Numbered from the stretch's first letter, positions 30,264 to 38,904 are shown. The stretch is DNA of 64,000 nucleotides from Candidatus Omnitrophota bacterium (GCA_030650275.1 JAUSEK010000023.1:107581-171580), one strand, 5' to 3'. Made by a program: numbers and translations. The notes: generated from the sequence alone by a model not told the origin.

Positions 30264-30634
30264 TAGCACCACTATTGCTGGTCCTTTTTTTCAGCGGGTG
30301 CGTGCAGGTGCAGATGCTGCCCCATCTCGACGAGGCGCTGACCCTTCGGTCATTCAGCGCGCAAAAGGACGAACAGCATCAATATGTCCGTGACGCGGAT
30401 GCCCGGTTTGACAAACTTTTGGCCGCGGTGCAAAGCGGGGACATCAAGAAGTACAACACAAAAAAAGATATTGTGAGGGCTTTCGGAGAGCCGGTCCTGA
30501 CCAAGGACATTGTCATCGATGGGCTGCCTTCGACATATGGCCTGTATCGTCATGCCATTGGATCCAAAGCTAAACAGAAAGTGTATCTGTATTTTAATGC
30601 CCAGGGGCAGTTGACCTATTGGGAGTCTATATGA
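30260..30634 (+). CDS. Hypothetical lipoprotein
   Basis: Lipobox FSG-C; FGEP motif. Confidence 0.7.
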   Translation: MIAPLLLVLFFSGCVQVQMLPHLDEALTLRSFSAQKDEQHQYVRDADARFDKLLAAVQSGDIKKYNTKKDIVRAFGEPVLTKDIVIDGLPSTYGLYRHAIGSKAKQKVYLYFNAQGQLTYWESI

Positions 30635-30679
30635 TGACAAAGGCTATTTAGTAAGATTTGTATCATTGGAGGAATGGTC

Positions 30680-32029
30680 ATGAGCGCTAAGTTTGAAAAG
30701 TTAAATATTTTCTTCGATAGAATAAAAACTATTGGATTTTTTCAAAGAATATTCCAGTGGCGTCAGATTAGCAATTTAAGTCATGATGCTTATCGAGAAT
30801 TTAAGGAGCTGGAGAGATTGTTTGAGGATACGACCACAAGGATCAACGAATTAAATAAATCAACAGAACTTTCGAGTGTTGAAAATGATCGTCTTAAGTC
30901 AGAGAAAATAAAATTAGAGAATTTGTTGAAGTCTGGGGTAGAGAAATTGGAGGATACTAAGGGAGAGGTTTCCGATTTAAAGGCTTCGATTGCTTCGAAA
31001 GACGAAAAAATAAGTTCGTTAACGGAACAAATTAAAAAAGAGGCGATTGAATTAGCCGTATTGAAAGAAAAAACAAGCCTGCTTGAACAAGAAATGCAGA
31101 AAATTAAGCAAGAAAATACAAAATATGAACAGACCGAGGCTGGCCGGTTGGCTAAACATGGTAATGAGATGGCAACAATTATAACCATCAGAGATCAAAT
31201 CCAAAGCGACAGAAAGAAAGAGATAGAGGAACATCAGGCAAATGAGATTGCTCGTATAGAAGCGATGAAGGAAACCTGGAGCAAACATCAGGAAAAGGTC
31301 AAGAATACTATCAAATCAATATGTCAAAAACATGCCATAGAGTATTTGGATCAAGTTCCTTTTAAGGGAAGCCCTGATAACACAGTTAAGATTTGTGATG
31401 AATTTGTTATTTTTGATGCCAAAAGTCCTTCTTCGGATGATTTGGGAAATTTTCCGGTCTATATCAAAGCTCAGACTGAGGCGGTGAAGAAGTATATAAA
31501 AGAGGAAAATGTGCGCAAAGATATTTTTCTTGTAGTTCCTTCGAATACCGTCGATGTTATTGAACAGTTCAGCTATAACATGGCTGACTACAACGTTTAT
31601 ATAATCACTATCAATGTGCTCGAGCCGCTTATGTTGCTTGTTAAGAAGCTCGAAGATTATGAATTTGTTAATCAATTAAGCCCAGAAGAGCGGGAAGATA
31701 TTTGTAGAATCATTGGTAAGTTTGCTTACATGACAAAAAGAAGAATACAAATCGATCATTTTTTTACCCGACAATTTCTTGAAATACTTGCTAAATGTGA
31801 AGCTGGTCTTCCAGGAGAGATACTTGACAGGGTGGCTGCATTCGAACAATCTGAGAAATTGAATCCTCCTCAAGAGAAGCGTGCAAAACAGATTCTCATC
31901 AAAGATTTAGAAAAGGATGATCAGAAAATTCAGAAAGAGGCCGAAGCAAAGAGTGTTGTGTTTCCTTTATCATTGTCGCGCAATATCAAGAACATTCCGC
32001 TCTATGAAGGGGAAGAATCGGTCTCGTAA
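30680..32029 (+). CDS. Low-GC coiled-coil protein with PD-(D/E)xK nuclease-like C-terminal domain (RmuC-like architecture)
   Basis: Long heptad region, then KGSPD...FVIFDAKS and IFLVVP; visibly AT-rich versus flanks. Confidence 0.65.
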   Translation: MSAKFEKLNIFFDRIKTIGFFQRIFQWRQISNLSHDAYREFKELERLFEDTTTRINELNKSTELSSVENDRLKSEKIKLENLLKSGVEKLEDTKGEVSDLKASIASKDEKISSLTEQIKKEAIELAVLKEKTSLLEQEMQKIKQENTKYEQTEAGRLAKHGNEMATIITIRDQIQSDRKKEIEEHQANEIARIEAMKETWSKHQEKVKNTIKSICQKHAIEYLDQVPFKGSPDNTVKICDEFVIFDAKSPSSDDLGNFPVYIKAQTEAVKKYIKEENVRKDIFLVVPSNTVDVIEQFSYNMADYNVYIITINVLEPLMLLVKKLEDYEFVNQLSPEEREDICRIIGKFAYMTKRRIQIDHFFTRQFLEILAKCEAGLPGEILDRVAAFEQSEKLNPPQEKRAKQILIKDLEKDDQKIQKEAEAKSVVFPLSLSRNIKNIPLYEGEESVS

Positions 32030-32048
32030 GAATAAGATATTATGTTTT

Positions 32049-32735
32049 ATGATAATTTTTAAAGATCCTTCCGTGATTGCTTTCACCAGCGACGCGTCCG
32101 TTGATTTCACCACACAGGATTTTGACGCGTCTTTGGCCCCGGCCCAAAGCGCCTACCTTAAAACGCATACCGGTATTGACATCCCGCGGGTTTTTTGGCG
32201 CAAACAGGTCCACGGGGATGATGTCCTCATCGCCGGAAAAGAGGCCTGCGCCAGGGGCTGTCCTGACGCGGACGCTTTCATCACCGACCGCAAGAACGTG
32301 CCGATCGCCATCCGCACGGCGGATTGCGTGCCGGTCTTTATTTATGATCCCCTCAAACAGGTCATCGGCCTGGCCCATGCCGGATGGAAGGGGACGCGTC
32401 AGCGCATCGCGGCTAAAACCGTCCAGGAAATGCAAGACAAATTCACCTGCCGATGCTATGATTTAAAAGTTGCTTTAGGTCCGGCCATCCGTTCGTGCTG
32501 TTATGAAGCGGGGCCGGAATTTAAGGTGTATTTCCCGGACGATACTGTTGAACGCGGTGGAAAAGTTTACGTGGATATCGTCGCGGCCAACCGCCGCCAG
32601 TTGGTGGAAGCGGGGATTGACGACGGCAATATTTTCGATGGCGGCGCGTGCACCTGCTGCAATAAAGATTATTTTTCGTTTCGCAGGGACGGTAAAAAAG
32701 CCGGACGCATGATCTCTTTGATGATGTTGTTGTAA
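32049..32735 (+). CDS. pgeF: PgeF/YfiH family protein
   Basis: QVHG, TADCVP, HAGWKG, GPAIRSCCYE, FSFRR. Confidence 0.93.
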   Translation: MIIFKDPSVIAFTSDASVDFTTQDFDASLAPAQSAYLKTHTGIDIPRVFWRKQVHGDDVLIAGKEACARGCPDADAFITDRKNVPIAIRTADCVPVFIYDPLKQVIGLAHAGWKGTRQRIAAKTVQEMQDKFTCRCYDLKVALGPAIRSCCYEAGPEFKVYFPDDTVERGGKVYVDIVAANRRQLVEAGIDDGNIFDGGACTCCNKDYFSFRRDGKKAGRMISLMMLL

Positions 32736-32741
32736 AAATAT

Positions 32742-33533
32742 ATGTATATCGTCGTTTTGGTCACAGCCAAGGATGCAAAAGAAGCGCACAAGATCGCCAA
32801 CGGTCTTTTGCAGGACAAGTTGGTCGCCTGCGCCAATATCGTTGCGGGCGTGCGGTCTTTGTTTTGGTGGCGGGCACAAGTGGATTCATCCAAAGAAGCA
32901 TTGCTTATCCTCAAAACAAAGAAGGCCTTGTTCAAAAAAGTCGTCGCCAAAGTCAAGGTGCTGCACAGTTATGAGGTCCCGGAGATCATCGCTTTGCCCA
33001 TTGTTGCAGGCAGCAGCGATTATTTAAAATGGATCAAAACGTTGGTCTCCATCATATTTGTCGGGATGGTCCTGTCCGCGCCTTCTTTAGCGCCGGCCAT
33101 GAGCAATATGCCGGAGGGGACTTCAGAAATATCTTTGGTGGGCAAGGCCGCTTATGACGTGACCCTGCCGACGGCTTTGGGTGAGCAGAAGTCGCTGTCG
33201 CAGGCGCGGGAAGGCAAGAAAGCGGTGCTGTTCTTCTGGGCCACCTGGTGTCCTCATTGCCGCGATGAGATCACGCGCATGAACAAGAACCTCGATGCCA
33301 TCACCGCCAAGGGGATCAAGGTCGTTTTGGTGTCCATCGGGGAAACGAAAGAGGATGTGGCGGCTTATTTAAAGCGCAATGCCGTTGTGCTGGACAGTTT
33401 CTTGGATGAGGACAATGCTTTGCAGGGACCGTATGATCTGGTCGGCGTTCCGACGCTGGTCTTCGTGGATGAAAAGGGCGTTATCCGCGAGGTGCGCCAC
33501 GATTTTCCCGATGATTACGAGAAATTTTTTTAG
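32742..33533 (+). CDS. CutA + TM + TlpA-like thioredoxin fusion
   Basis: LVACAN, HSYEVPEII (CutA); hydrophobic helix; FWATWCPHC, GVPTLVFVD (TlpA). Confidence 0.85.
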   Translation: MYIVVLVTAKDAKEAHKIANGLLQDKLVACANIVAGVRSLFWWRAQVDSSKEALLILKTKKALFKKVVAKVKVLHSYEVPEIIALPIVAGSSDYLKWIKTLVSIIFVGMVLSAPSLAPAMSNMPEGTSEISLVGKAAYDVTLPTALGEQKSLSQAREGKKAVLFFWATWCPHCRDEITRMNKNLDAITAKGIKVVLVSIGETKEDVAAYLKRNAVVLDSFLDEDNALQGPYDLVGVPTLVFVDEKGVIREVRHDFPDDYEKFF

Positions 33534-34966
33534 CGGCGGATCTTGTCTTTGACGTTGCTCTGCAGTTTTGCTTCCAGTTTTAACCTGGTCACAAAAGCCG
33601 TCAGGATCTGGCTGCGTTTGCGCGCGCTGAGCATTTGCCGGTAATTGTCTTTCTCGCCTTCAAAATCTTCGTCTTTGACTTTCACGACACTGCTCAAATA
33701 AGCGATGGCCGGCCCTTGGGGCGTTGCCACCGTGTCCGTCAGCCGGTTATTTTCCTCCAACTTTAAACTCGCTTCTTGCAATTGCGCGGCAAATCCCAAA
33801 GCCGGGTTATATTCCCCGTGGCTGAATTCCGGCGTTTGCCGGACATCCAAGTTCAGCGCCTGGCAGGATGTCTTGAAATCTTTTCCCGTCGCGACGCTTT
33901 CCTTGATCGATCTTAGAACTTCCTCGGCTTTGGCCTGCGCTTTTGCATACGCTTTTTGTGCGATCACGGTTTTTTGTACCGCTTCTTTGATCACTGCCAG
34001 GTCAGGGACGGCTGAATCCTTATGTTCTTTGACCCTGGCGATCTGCCATCCGTCGGGCATTTCCAAAAGCGGGGTGGTGGCGCCCGCCTTCATGGCAAAA
34101 AGTTTTTCCACCAGGTCCGGCGACCAGGCGAAGGTCAGCAGGGGCTGGTCCTTGGTGAATGGTCCGCTTTCCTTTGCCTCGTAACCGGCTTGTTTGGCCG
34201 CGGCCACAAAGTCCGCGGACGGCGTTAACGCTTTGGCAAAGGCCTGCGCTTCTTTTTTGTCCGGCAGGGCAATGATGACGTATTGCACGTTCACCGTGGC
34301 CGGCGCGCGCAAGGTCTCCGCATTCCGGTCATAATATTCTTTAATTTCTTTTTCCGACGCCTCGAGCCCGGCGCTAAAGTCCGCGGGGTTGATGATGACA
34401 TAATCCAATCTGATCTTTTCATTGCGCCTGGCATATTCCTGTTTGACCTCATCATCAGCAATGACCATGGGTCCGGTAACGCCGTCGAGCATTTTTTTGA
34501 TCATCAATCTGTTGCGCATGCCTTCCTCGAAGTCATGGGGTTTACGGCCGAAGGCGCCGGGATTGCGGACAAGTTCCTCATACAGATAGCGGTCGAACCT
34601 ACCTTCCCGTTGAAAGAAGGGAAAGGCCGCGATCAAGGCCGCCACTTCTGCGTCGCTGACCTTGATGCCGCGTTTTTTGGCTTCCCGCGACAGGATGAGG
34701 CGGTCCCAGGCCTCGTTTTCCAAATCCAGCCTGTCGCCTAATTTGGAGAGTTGATCGCCGTAGAGGATGAGCGCCTGGTCGCGGCTGTCCATGTAGGCGC
34801 GTTCGAAATCCCGCAAAGAAACGCTTTGGCCGTAAATTTTTCCGGCGCTGTTGGTGCTGTCCCAGCCCGAAGCCGCGCCGAAGACCCCGAAAGACAGGAC
34901 AATGATGACCGTGATGAACCACAGCACTTTTTTGGACACGCCCTTGTGGCGCAGGATGCTAAGCAT
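33530..34966 (-). CDS. SurA-N/PpiD-like periplasmic chaperone
   Basis: N-terminal TM, VSDAEV, FQREGRFD..LY; degenerate parvulin-like region. Confidence 0.85.
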   Translation of the reverse strand: MLSILRHKGVSKKVLWFITVIIVLSFGVFGAASGWDSTNSAGKIYGQSVSLRDFERAYMDSRDQALILYGDQLSKLGDRLDLENEAWDRLILSREAKKRGIKVSDAEVAALIAAFPFFQREGRFDRYLYEELVRNPGAFGRKPHDFEEGMRNRLMIKKMLDGVTGPMVIADDEVKQEYARRNEKIRLDYVIINPADFSAGLEASEKEIKEYYDRNAETLRAPATVNVQYVIIALPDKKEAQAFAKALTPSADFVAAAKQAGYEAKESGPFTKDQPLLTFAWSPDLVEKLFAMKAGATTPLLEMPDGWQIARVKEHKDSAVPDLAVIKEAVQKTVIAQKAYAKAQAKAEEVLRSIKESVATGKDFKTSCQALNLDVRQTPEFSHGEYNPALGFAAQLQEASLKLEENNRLTDTVATPQGPAIAYLSSVVKVKDEDFEGEKDNYRQMLSARKRSQILTAFVTRLKLEAKLQSNVKDKIRR

Positions 34967-34973
34967 ATCGGTG

Positions 34974-35002
34974 ATTATAGACGATGGCCTAAATTTTGAC
35001 AA
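34974..35002 (-). promoter_or_regulatory. sigma70 promoter, leaderless start of the ppiD-like gene
   Basis: Minus strand TTGTCA-17-TATAAT-7-ATG. Confidence 0.7.
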
Positions 35003-35013
35003 GAATTAAGACG

Positions 35014-35074
35014 GAAAACGCTTTCCCAATAAGCCGGTCTTGGGCTTGTTTTTTTGTGTTTTATAGTAAATACT
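35014..35074 (+). promoter_or_regulatory. Conserved upstream element of large-protein paralogue 1
   Basis: GAAAACGCTTTCCC and GGGCTTGTTTT shared with 55341-55400; TTGTTT-17-AATACT. Confidence 0.65.
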
Positions 35075-35106
35075 TATACATGAACCCTAATAGATATATC
35101 TAACAT

Positions 35107-38097
35107 ATGAACCCCTTGTTCCGCCAGATCATTTGCTCTATTTTGACCGTTACGTTTGCGTTAACAGCGGTCCCGCCTCTGCACGCCCAAGAGATTTACC
35201 TGCCCCAACCCGGCGTCCGCATTGGCCTAAGCCCCCAATTCAACCCCGCCGTCCTCAAAGGCCTCAAGGTCCATCCCGACAATCCGTTTCGGTTTGATTT
35301 CATATTGGATACCGGTGACGTAGAGACGCAGCATGCTGCGTCTCTACAAAACGAATCAATGAAATTGATCAAATATTTCCTCGCCTCTTTAACCATCCCC
35401 GAACAAGACCTCTGGGTCAACCTGTCTCCTTATGAGAAGGATAGAATTGTTCCTCAATCCTTTGGTCAAACCGAGATGGGACGTGACCTATTAGCCCAGG
35501 ATTATCTGCTCAAGCAGATCACCGCATCACTAATCTACCCAGAGGATGAATTCGGCAAGATCTTCTGGAAGAGGGTCTATGAAGAAGCCAACAAGAGATT
35601 TGGAACAACCAACATCCCGGTCAATACCTTCAACAAGGTCTGGATCGTGCCAGAGAAGGCCGTAGTCTATGAGAACGCGCAAGCAGGCACGGCGTATGTG
35701 GTAGAAAGCCGATTGAAGGTGATGTTGGAAGAGGATTATCTTGCCTTGGCCAACAACCAACCGCCTACCAGGGGACATGTTCCGCAGAACGTGTCCCCAA
35801 GCACCCTGCCAACCTATCAACCATTGAATCCGAAAGCATCCCAGGGAAATCCCCTTAACGCCTCACCAGAGATTAACGCATTAGGTTCTCAAATAGTCAG
35901 AGAGATTGTCATTCCCGCATTAACCAAAGAAATCAACGAAAACAAGAACTTTGCCCAACTAAGACAGGTCTACAACTCCCTTATCTTGGCCACCTGGTAC
36001 AAGAAGAAGATCAAGGACAGCATTCTCTCTCAAGTGTATGCAGATAAGAATAAGATTTCAGGCCTAACGCCAACCAGGGGACATGTTGCTGGCACCGCTA
36101 GTGCCAGTAACGTGTCCCCAAGCACGTTGCCAACCAACCCAGCATTGAATGCGAAAGCACCCCAGGGAAACCCGCCCAACGATGTCGAAGCCATCTACCA
36201 GCAATACCTCACCGCCTTCAAGAAAGGGGTCTACAACTACATCAAAGAAGAGCAGGACCCTGTGACCCGACAGATGATTCCAAGGAAGTATTTTTCGGGT
36301 GGCGTGAAATTCGGTGATGTGGCGATGGTGACTACAAAGGATGCGGCCATGCTTCCGCAGGTGGCTTCCGATCACTCCGCTATTGTTCAGACAAATTTAA
36401 ATCCAGCTGGCCGGGCGATGGCGGCTATACAGGATTGGGAAAGAGTGCGTGCTCGGGCAAAAATTTCTTTCTTCGTCAAAACATTTTTTATTATGGGAGG
36501 GACGGTTATCGGTGCAAGTGCGTTTAAGCATTACAGTCAGAACGTATACGCGGTTCTCGCAATGGGGATGTTGTACGGCTTCACAACCTTCCGTTTTGTT
36601 ATGGACGACTACTTAATAGGAAAAAGTGAACGTGCTGGGGACTATATTACGATTTCAAGGCAACCGAAGGAAAGGGACTCTTTGGGTATTCATGTCGTCC
36701 TAAATTTAAAGGGGCTGGCCGGACAACAGGAGAACGCATATACACTTATCGCGGAAGATGTGGTTAAGGTTGTTTATGAGCTTGTTGCGAACTGGAAACA
36801 AGAGGGTGGGCTTAAAGAAGTAAAATATATTACAGGAGATTCCCCGTTGCTTGTTCAGGAGAGGAGGGGTATGGGAGCAAGGTTTATGCCTAGCATAAAG
36901 CGTCTGCTCAATAAGATCGGCGTGGGGGATGAGGATATTGAAGTGCACAAACGTCAAAGAACAGATAAAAGGCAGTTTATGTTGTGGAAGATATTGTATC
37001 CGCGTGTATGGATGATAAATAATAAAACATATAGTGGCAGATTCAGGATGAATGTTTCCACGCCCGAGGCTCAGCAGGCCTTGCTTGAAAAATTGAGACC
37101 TGTTTATGATGCGTTGAACGGCGTTGATCCTAATGATCCGGAAAAGATGGCCAAGAAAAGGCGAATTTTGTTCGGCGGGAGTTTGGCGCGGGATGAAGAA
37201 GCCCAAGTGGACGATGCCACAGCCTCCGTGCAGGCCGGGCCGGACGCGGCGATGTCAAGGTCACAACAGTCAGAAAATATTAAAAGCATTGCTGATTGGA
37301 TTGATGCTCTCAAGAAAGACAATTATGTTTTGTTCCACCAAACAATGGATGATTCAGCTGAAAGAATATTACAGAGTTATTTTAAAACCAGCCCTCAAAT
37401 TAATGGGATTGCCGCAGTATATACTCGAGAAATTTTGATGGGAAATCTTCAATGGATGTCTATGTCTGCGGGAGAATTTCAGAGACGTCGTTTGGAACAG
37501 GACGGTCCCCTCGGACAAATTCACAAAGGTGCAAATGCGATAGTTGTTCTTGTTTTTCCAAAAAAAGAATTCGGAGGCGTAGATCGTTTTATCCGACTTT
37601 TCGAAGTCTTTGAGATGATTGATGAAAAAATAGGCGGCGATTGGCTTCAAGAAACAGGAGGTATGGGTGTCCCCAATAAATATGTAGCTGGATATATCCA
37701 TCCCACTGATCAATCCATTGATGTGTATATAAATCCAAATAGCGTTGTTAAACCTTTATCTGATGAGCATTGGGGATTGTTAGGCGTTGGAAATGAAAAT
37801 TTGATTGTTTTAAGGGATCAGGCGATAAAAAGTGTTATGAGCAAACAATCCGGCCCTGGAGGTATTGACTTTAAATCCGACAAGGTGGACAGCGCTTTTG
37901 AAATAAAAAGAGAGCCGGAACAAATGGGGACACGTAACGAGTACATGTCCCCATTTGTCGACCCGGTCATGCTGGAGCAATTACAAAACGCCCCGGGGTT
38001 CGTGCCGGTGATCATCAACATCCAGCCCATGACGGATTTGCGGATGTTTTTGGGGCTTCAAGAAAATAAGCCGGAAAAAGAGGAGGCTGTGTTATAA
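35107..38097 (+). CDS. Large secreted modular protein, paralogue 1 (conserved N-domain, 2 cargo modules, GGIDF tail)
   Basis: Sec signal peptide (..PLHA/QE); near-identical N- and C-termini to 55409-60343; DxAM linkers. Confidence 0.9.
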   Translation: MNPLFRQIICSILTVTFALTAVPPLHAQEIYLPQPGVRIGLSPQFNPAVLKGLKVHPDNPFRFDFILDTGDVETQHAASLQNESMKLIKYFLASLTIPEQDLWVNLSPYEKDRIVPQSFGQTEMGRDLLAQDYLLKQITASLIYPEDEFGKIFWKRVYEEANKRFGTTNIPVNTFNKVWIVPEKAVVYENAQAGTAYVVESRLKVMLEEDYLALANNQPPTRGHVPQNVSPSTLPTYQPLNPKASQGNPLNASPEINALGSQIVREIVIPALTKEINENKNFAQLRQVYNSLILATWYKKKIKDSILSQVYADKNKISGLTPTRGHVAGTASASNVSPSTLPTNPALNAKAPQGNPPNDVEAIYQQYLTAFKKGVYNYIKEEQDPVTRQMIPRKYFSGGVKFGDVAMVTTKDAAMLPQVASDHSAIVQTNLNPAGRAMAAIQDWERVRARAKISFFVKTFFIMGGTVIGASAFKHYSQNVYAVLAMGMLYGFTTFRFVMDDYLIGKSERAGDYITISRQPKERDSLGIHVVLNLKGLAGQQENAYTLIAEDVVKVVYELVANWKQEGGLKEVKYITGDSPLLVQERRGMGARFMPSIKRLLNKIGVGDEDIEVHKRQRTDKRQFMLWKILYPRVWMINNKTYSGRFRMNVSTPEAQQALLEKLRPVYDALNGVDPNDPEKMAKKRRILFGGSLARDEEAQVDDATASVQAGPDAAMSRSQQSENIKSIADWIDALKKDNYVLFHQTMDDSAERILQSYFKTSPQINGIAAVYTREILMGNLQWMSMSAGEFQRRRLEQDGPLGQIHKGANAIVVLVFPKKEFGGVDRFIRLFEVFEMIDEKIGGDWLQETGGMGVPNKYVAGYIHPTDQSIDVYINPNSVVKPLSDEHWGLLGVGNENLIVLRDQAIKSVMSKQSGPGGIDFKSDKVDSAFEIKREPEQMGTRNEYMSPFVDPVMLEQLQNAPGFVPVIINIQPMTDLRMFLGLQENKPEKEEAVL
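35320..35347. repeat. In-frame GTAG REP palindrome
   Basis: GTAGAGACGCAGCATGCTGCGTCTCTAC, perfect 28-bp palindrome, encodes VETQHAASL. Confidence 0.9.
35768..35854 (+). repeat. In-frame GGGGACA...TGTCCCC repeat, copy 1
   Basis: CCAGGGGACATGTT..AACGTGTCCCCAAGCAC..CCAGGGAAA, repeated at 36074 and 56358. Confidence 0.85.
36074..36174 (+). repeat. In-frame GGGGACA...TGTCCCC repeat, copy 2
   Basis: Long hairpin GGGGACATGTTGCTGGCAC/GTGCCAGTAACGTGTCCCC plus conserved tail. Confidence 0.85.
37920..37958. repeat. In-frame palindrome in the C-terminal tail
   Basis: ACAAATGGGGACA...TGTCCCCATTTGT, 13-bp arms. Confidence 0.8.
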
Positions 38098-38106
38098 TTC
38101 TTAAAT

Positions 38107-38652
38107 ATGGATTTCGAGGCGGTTTTTAAAATAATCCTGGGACAATTTGGCAAATATAACGTCCGTTTCGCGATCATAGGGGGTTTTGCCCTGCACGCGG
38201 CGGGTTTTACCAGGGCCACCAAAGACATTGATTTCCTGCTGCATCATGAAGACAAGGCGAAAGTCAAGGCAGTCCTTGCCTCTTTGGGGTATGAAGCCAT
38301 TCATGAAAGCGAGGACGCCGCGAATTTCTTGAATCGATTGTCCGAGTTGGGACAGATCGATTTTATCATAGCCCGTCGTAAATATGCGTTGGCGATGCTC
38401 GAACGCGCCAAGCCGTATGAGATCATTAAAGGGCATACGGTCAATGTCATTGTGCCGGAAGACATTATTGGTTTGAAGATCCAGGCCTTGCACAATGATC
38501 CCGCGCGGTATGCGCAGGACATGGCGGACATTCAATGGCTGATCAAAAATCACCGGGAACAGCTGAATGTGGGACTTTTACGGGAGTATTTTGATCTATT
38601 CAACTGTGCTGATCAATTGGAAAGAATTTTAAACGAGACCGACCATGCTTAG
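38107..38652 (+). CDS. Minimal nucleotidyltransferase (AbiEii/DUF2204-like), putative TA component
   Basis: IIGGFAL..G..RATKDIDFL, PEDIIGLK, DMADI. Confidence 0.85.
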   Translation: MDFEAVFKIILGQFGKYNVRFAIIGGFALHAAGFTRATKDIDFLLHHEDKAKVKAVLASLGYEAIHESEDAANFLNRLSELGQIDFIIARRKYALAMLERAKPYEIIKGHTVNVIVPEDIIGLKIQALHNDPARYAQDMADIQWLIKNHREQLNVGLLREYFDLFNCADQLERILNETDHA

Positions 38653-38848
38653 CGACGAAGAAAAAAGAGAAATGCTGGAAGACGCCCGAAGCGAGTCCCG
38701 CCGCAAGGCATTTGCCCGGGCGAGAACACAGGTCTTCAGTCAGCCGATGACCTGGGAACAGTATTTTCGTTTTTTGCGCGGCGTTGTGAATCTTTTTCCT
38801 CAAAAAGAGTCCTTTAAAAAGATCGAGGGAAGTGCGTTTAAGCTCTAA
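38645..38848 (+). CDS. Small partner protein of the nucleotidyltransferase
   Basis: Overlapping start, 67 aa, helical. Confidence 0.7.
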   Translation: MLSDEEKREMLEDARSESRRKAFARARTQVFSQPMTWEQYFRFLRGVVNLFPQKESFKKIEGSAFKL

Positions 38849-38904
38849 ATCAGCGTATCTATTCGCTTTACATTTAAAAACCGTCTCGTTATAATACGCT
38901 CCTT

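Noticed and set aside
35768-36174. Repeats as a CRISPR array or DGR template/variable pair
   Set aside because: No regular repeat-spacer period, no cas or reverse transcriptase gene, and differences are not adenine-specific
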